From IMG/VR virus record IMGVR_UViG_3300043410_000597: DNA of 20,000 nucleotides. One strand, 5' to 3'. A program made the position numbers and the translations under genes. The stretch comes from an uncultured virus (IMG/VR IMGVR_UViG_3300043410_000597) (taxonomy: Duplodnaviria; Heunggongvirae; Uroviricota; Caudoviricetes; Crassvirales). This document shows positions 16,621-20,000 of the stretch, piece after piece; the stretch's first letter is position 1, and each line of letters starts with the position of its first letter. The notes under the pieces were generated by a model. The model ran no database searches. It saw only the letters and a list, made by a program, of their open reading frames with translations, and was not told where the DNA came from.

Positions 16621-17712
16621 ATGGATAATATTCAAGTAAAACTTGTAGACTTTGAAGAAAAGTCTGTGCAAGAAATCGAGCAACAGTTGCTTGATGAGCA
16701 CGAACAAAAAATGGCTGAAGATGTAGCTCCTGTAGAGGAGTCACCTATAGAAGAGCCACCTGTAGTAGAGTCACCACAATTTGGCGACAACGACGTTCTT
16801 TCATATTTAAAAACAAAATTCAACAAGGAGGTAAACTCTTTGGATGAACTATTTGTAGAGAAACCACAACAACAGGAGTTACTTCCTGAAGATGTAAATG
16901 CTTTCTTAAAATTCAAGAAAGAGACAGGGCGTGGTTTAGAAGATTTCTATCGTGTTAACCAAGATTTTTCTAAGGTTAACCCAGAAAGACTTCTAGCTGA
17001 CTATATGCGTGAGATTAATCCTGATTTTGATGATGAGGATATCGCATTCGAATATGAATCAAAGTTTGCATACGATGAGGATATTGATGACGAGAAAGAA
17101 ATCAAACGCAAGAAGTTAGCACTTAAAAAAGAACTTGGCAAGGCGTCAAAGTACTTTGAAGAACAAAAGGAAAAATATAAAGCTCCCCTTGAGTCGAGGA
17201 TGGAAGCTACTATTCCTGCTGAGGACAGAGAAGCTTTGGAATCTTACAAGCAATATATCAGCCAATCTACTGCTATGCAGCAAGACCAGGCTAAAAAGTC
17301 GGAGTACTTTATGAATAAGACAAACGAATTATTCTCTGATGAATTCAAAGGTTTTGATTTCAAAGTTGGAGATAAGGAAGTATCTTATAAACCTGGAACT
17401 CCAGAGCAGCTGAAAGCTCAACAAACAGACATTTCCAAATTCTTCACAAATTTTGTTGATGAAAATGGATACATTAAGGATGCTAAACAGTATCACAAAA
17501 CAATTGCTGCGGCAATGAACCCTGATGCAATGGCCAAATTCTTTTATGATATGGGCAAAGCAGATGCGATTGATGATTCAGTTCGTCAAAGTAAGAACAT
17601 CGATATGAGCGTTAGAAATGCTCCACAGAATATCGAGAAAGGTGGGTTTAAAGTAACGGCATTGGATAGTGATCACGGTAACAGACTTAAGATTAAATCT
17701 TTAAAAAACTAA
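16621..17712 (+). CDS. Probable capsid scaffolding / assembly protein
   Basis: Highly acidic, helical 363-aa protein between the portal and major capsid genes. Confidence 0.65.
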   Translation: MDNIQVKLVDFEEKSVQEIEQQLLDEHEQKMAEDVAPVEESPIEEPPVVESPQFGDNDVLSYLKTKFNKEVNSLDELFVEKPQQQELLPEDVNAFLKFKKETGRGLEDFYRVNQDFSKVNPERLLADYMREINPDFDDEDIAFEYESKFAYDEDIDDEKEIKRKKLALKKELGKASKYFEEQKEKYKAPLESRMEATIPAEDREALESYKQYISQSTAMQQDQAKKSEYFMNKTNELFSDEFKGFDFKVGDKEVSYKPGTPEQLKAQQTDISKFFTNFVDENGYIKDAKQYHKTIAAAMNPDAMAKFFYDMGKADAIDDSVRQSKNIDMSVRNAPQNIEKGGFKVTALDSDHGNRLKIKSLKN

Positions 17713-17730
17713 AACCAAAAACACAAAACA

Positions 17731-19146
17731 ATGGCTGGATCAGTTCAAGCTACCCCGGGTTATCAATTAGAGCCCTCAGCGGTAAAGGCAACATTGCCTA
17801 CAAACTACATTACTAACTTCGATTTCTTAAACCAGTATCTTCCTGATACTTACGAGGCAGAATTCGAGCGTTATGGTAATCGTTCTATTGCATCTTTCTT
17901 ACGTATGGTAGGTGCAGAATTACCTTCTAACTCTGACTTAATTAAGTGGGCAGAGCAAGGTCGTTTACACACTAAATATGTTGACGTTACTTCAGCTGGT
18001 GATGCTGGTGATGATACTGCAGTGTGGACTGTTAACGATGCTAACGTAACTGTTAACTTCCGTGTTAACCAAACTGTATTCTTATCTGCAAATGCTGGTT
18101 CTGCTTCTGATAAAGCGGTTATCACTGCAGTAGATACAACTGCTAACACTTTCACAGTTGCTTACTATGCTGCTTCAGGACAATCAATTGCTGTAGATAC
18201 TGCTTCTACTGCATTCGTTTACGGTTCTGAATTCACTAAAGGTTCATTAGGAATGGACGGTTCTTTAGAGTCTCAAGACTTATTCTTCGAGAACAAGCCA
18301 ATTATCATCAAGGACAAGTACACTGTATCTGGTTCTGATATGGCTCAAATCGGATGGGTTGAAGTAACTTCTGAGAACGGTGCTACTGGTTACTTATGGT
18401 ACATCAAATCTGAGCACGAGACTCGTTTACGTTTCGAAGATTACTTAGAGATGTCAATGGTTGAAGGTGTTCCTGCTGAATCAGGTTCAGCTGCTGCTAC
18501 TTACTTAACAGTTGCTTCTTCTCAAGTACAACCTGGTGCTGCTGGTACTCAAGGTTTATTCAATGCAGTTGCAGAGCGTGGAAACGTTTGGGCAGGTGGT
18601 AACCCAACTACTTTGTCTGACTTCGATTCTATCATCCAACGTCTTGACAAGCAAGGAGCAATCCAAGAGAACGTTATCTTCTTAAACCGTAAGTTTGGTT
18701 TTGATATCGACGATATGTTGGCATCTCAAAACTCTTATGGAGCAGGTGGTACTTCTTATGGTTTATTCGACAACAGCGAGACTATGGCGTTAAACTTAGG
18801 TTTCACAGGCTTTAAGCGTGGATACGATTTCTACAAGACTGACTGGAAATACTTAAACGATGCAACTACTCGTGGTGGAATCGTAGGTGGAGCTATCAAT
18901 GGTATCTTGGTACCTGCAGGTTCTACTAACGTATACGATCAAATCTTAGGAAAGAATGCAAAGCGTCCGTTCTTACACGTTCGTTACCGTGCTTCTGAAA
19001 CTGAAGATCGTCGTTACAAAACTTGGATCACTGGTTCTGCTGGTGGTGCTCAAACAAGTTCTTTAGATGCAATGGAAGTTAACTTCTTATCTGAGCGTGC
19101 ATTATGTACTCTTGGTGCGAACAACTTCTTCTTGTTCGAGAACTAG
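17731..19146 (+). CDS. Major capsid protein
   Basis: 471 aa after the scaffold gene, with strongly biased high-expression codons (GCT, ACT, GGT, TTC, AAC) and a strong terminator downstream. IKWAEQGRL, IIKDKYTVSGS and SERALCTLGANNF segments fit HK97-fold capsid proteins of Bacteroidota phages. Confidence 0.85.
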   Translation: MAGSVQATPGYQLEPSAVKATLPTNYITNFDFLNQYLPDTYEAEFERYGNRSIASFLRMVGAELPSNSDLIKWAEQGRLHTKYVDVTSAGDAGDDTAVWTVNDANVTVNFRVNQTVFLSANAGSASDKAVITAVDTTANTFTVAYYAASGQSIAVDTASTAFVYGSEFTKGSLGMDGSLESQDLFFENKPIIIKDKYTVSGSDMAQIGWVEVTSENGATGYLWYIKSEHETRLRFEDYLEMSMVEGVPAESGSAAATYLTVASSQVQPGAAGTQGLFNAVAERGNVWAGGNPTTLSDFDSIIQRLDKQGAIQENVIFLNRKFGFDIDDMLASQNSYGAGGTSYGLFDNSETMALNLGFTGFKRGYDFYKTDWKYLNDATTRGGIVGGAINGILVPAGSTNVYDQILGKNAKRPFLHVRYRASETEDRRYKTWITGSAGGAQTSSLDAMEVNFLSERALCTLGANNFFLFEN

Positions 19147-19152
19147 TAAACT

Positions 19153-19190
19153 TAGGGGGAGGCTTCGGTCTCCCCTTATTTAATTTGTTT
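19153..19190 (+). terminator. Rho-independent terminator with cUUCGg tetraloop
   Basis: TAGGGGGAGGC-TTCG-GTCTCCCCTTA followed by T-rich sequence, immediately after the capsid stop. Confidence 0.85.
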
Positions 19191-19210
19191 AAAATTTAAA
19201 ATCAAATAAA

Positions 19211-19957
19211 ATGTCAACTCAGAAAGAATTAAAGGACAAAGTCTATGTCCTTAAAAGAAAAACATTCCCTATCTCATTTATGCTTGCTAGTAGAAATACT
19301 AGAAATAAACCTTTATTACATTTTGATTCATCAAAAGGACTTAACCGTGCATTACGTTATGCAGTTAATCAGAAATCTCCATTTGAAGATGAGCAAGATG
19401 GAAATTTTATTTTGGAGCCAATCATCTTTGAAGATGGTGTGTTAGCCGTAAATAAGTACAACCAAGTATTACAACAATTCTTAGAATTCCACCCAGATAA
19501 TGGCGTGTTGTTCGAAGAAGTTGATACTCAGAGAGATGCAACTAATCAGATTGACACATTAAATGCTCAATTAGATGCTCAGATTGCAGCACGTGAATTG
19601 GATATCAATACTGCAGATGCATTAGGTCGTGTATTATTAGGAGCTCGTGTAGATAGATTATCTAGTGAAGAACTTAAGCGTGACTTAATTCTTTATGCTC
19701 GTAATCACCCACGTGAGTTCTTGAATATGTTAAATGACCCTGAGCTTAAGCTTAATGATATTGCAGCAAAAGCTATGCAAGATGGAACATTCGTATTGAA
19801 AAATAAGAAACGTGATATCTTCTTTAACTTACCTGATAACAAGAATAAATTAATGGGTATACCATTTGGTGAGGACCCACTAAAACTACTAGCATCGTGG
19901 CTACAAAGCAATGATGGTCTAGACACATACGAGATACTATCTAAAAAGTATCGCTAA
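19211..19957 (+). CDS. Conserved hypothetical phage protein downstream of the major capsid gene
   Basis: 248-aa ORF with an A-rich leader and its own terminator. No catalytic motif recognised. Confidence 0.75.
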   Translation: MSTQKELKDKVYVLKRKTFPISFMLASRNTRNKPLLHFDSSKGLNRALRYAVNQKSPFEDEQDGNFILEPIIFEDGVLAVNKYNQVLQQFLEFHPDNGVLFEEVDTQRDATNQIDTLNAQLDAQIAARELDINTADALGRVLLGARVDRLSSEELKRDLILYARNHPREFLNMLNDPELKLNDIAAKAMQDGTFVLKNKKRDIFFNLPDNKNKLMGIPFGEDPLKLLASWLQSNDGLDTYEILSKKYR

Positions 19958-19960
19958 ATT

Positions 19961-19990
19961 AAGAGGGCACACTGAGTGCCCTTTTTTTAT
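19961..19990 (+). terminator. Rho-independent terminator
   Basis: AAGAGGGCAC-ACTGA-GTGCCCTTTT continuing into a T run. Confidence 0.85.
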
Positions 19991-19998
19991 TATCTTTG
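19991..19998 (+). promoter_or_regulatory. -7 promoter element TATCTTTG for the next gene (outside the window)
   Basis: TAnnTTTG immediately after the terminator. Confidence 0.55.
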
Positions 19999-20000
19999 TC

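Noticed and set aside
9450..19926. Other short alternative-frame or antisense ORFs from the track (for example 9678-9902, 11150-11461, 11659-11907, 16632-16916, 17871-18155)
   Set aside because: They are nested in well-supported genes and have no recognisable motifs or independent expression signals.
1..20000. Stop-codon reassignment as in some crAss-like phages
   Set aside because: Long genes are intact in the standard code, and TAA, TAG (8075, 19146) and TGA (162, 11944, 14154) all end genes at sensible boundaries.

Overview
This window is the virion-morphogenesis region of an AT-rich tailed dsDNA phage, most likely infecting Bacteroidota. That host call rests on recurrent TAnnTTTG promoter elements and A-rich leaders without Shine-Dalgarno sites. 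Translation uses the standard code. The + strand begins with the 3' end of a probable CsgG-like gene, a secreted probable beta-barrel membrane protein and a NUMOD4-HNH-AP2 endonuclease preceded by a kissing-loop RNA-like leader. Next come a 1790-aa tail fibre and two small fibre-associated genes. The fibre has two proline-free (Gly-Thr-Ser)n tracts, 17-aa repeats and a C-terminal S74 chaperone. An inverted two-gene unit follows: an HNH endonuclease and a GT4::Aah/TibC-type protein O-glycosyltransferase fusion. The window ends with the head module: small ORFs, a GroES-like protein, a possible small terminase, large terminase, portal, scaffold, major capsid protein and a conserved hypothetical gene. 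The most interesting candidate system is phage-encoded protein O-glycosylation, with the BAHT-family/GT4 fusion enzyme lying beside a fibre that carries 122 Ser/Thr-rich Gly-X-Y triplets. All family assignments come from motifs recognised by eye, not from database searches.
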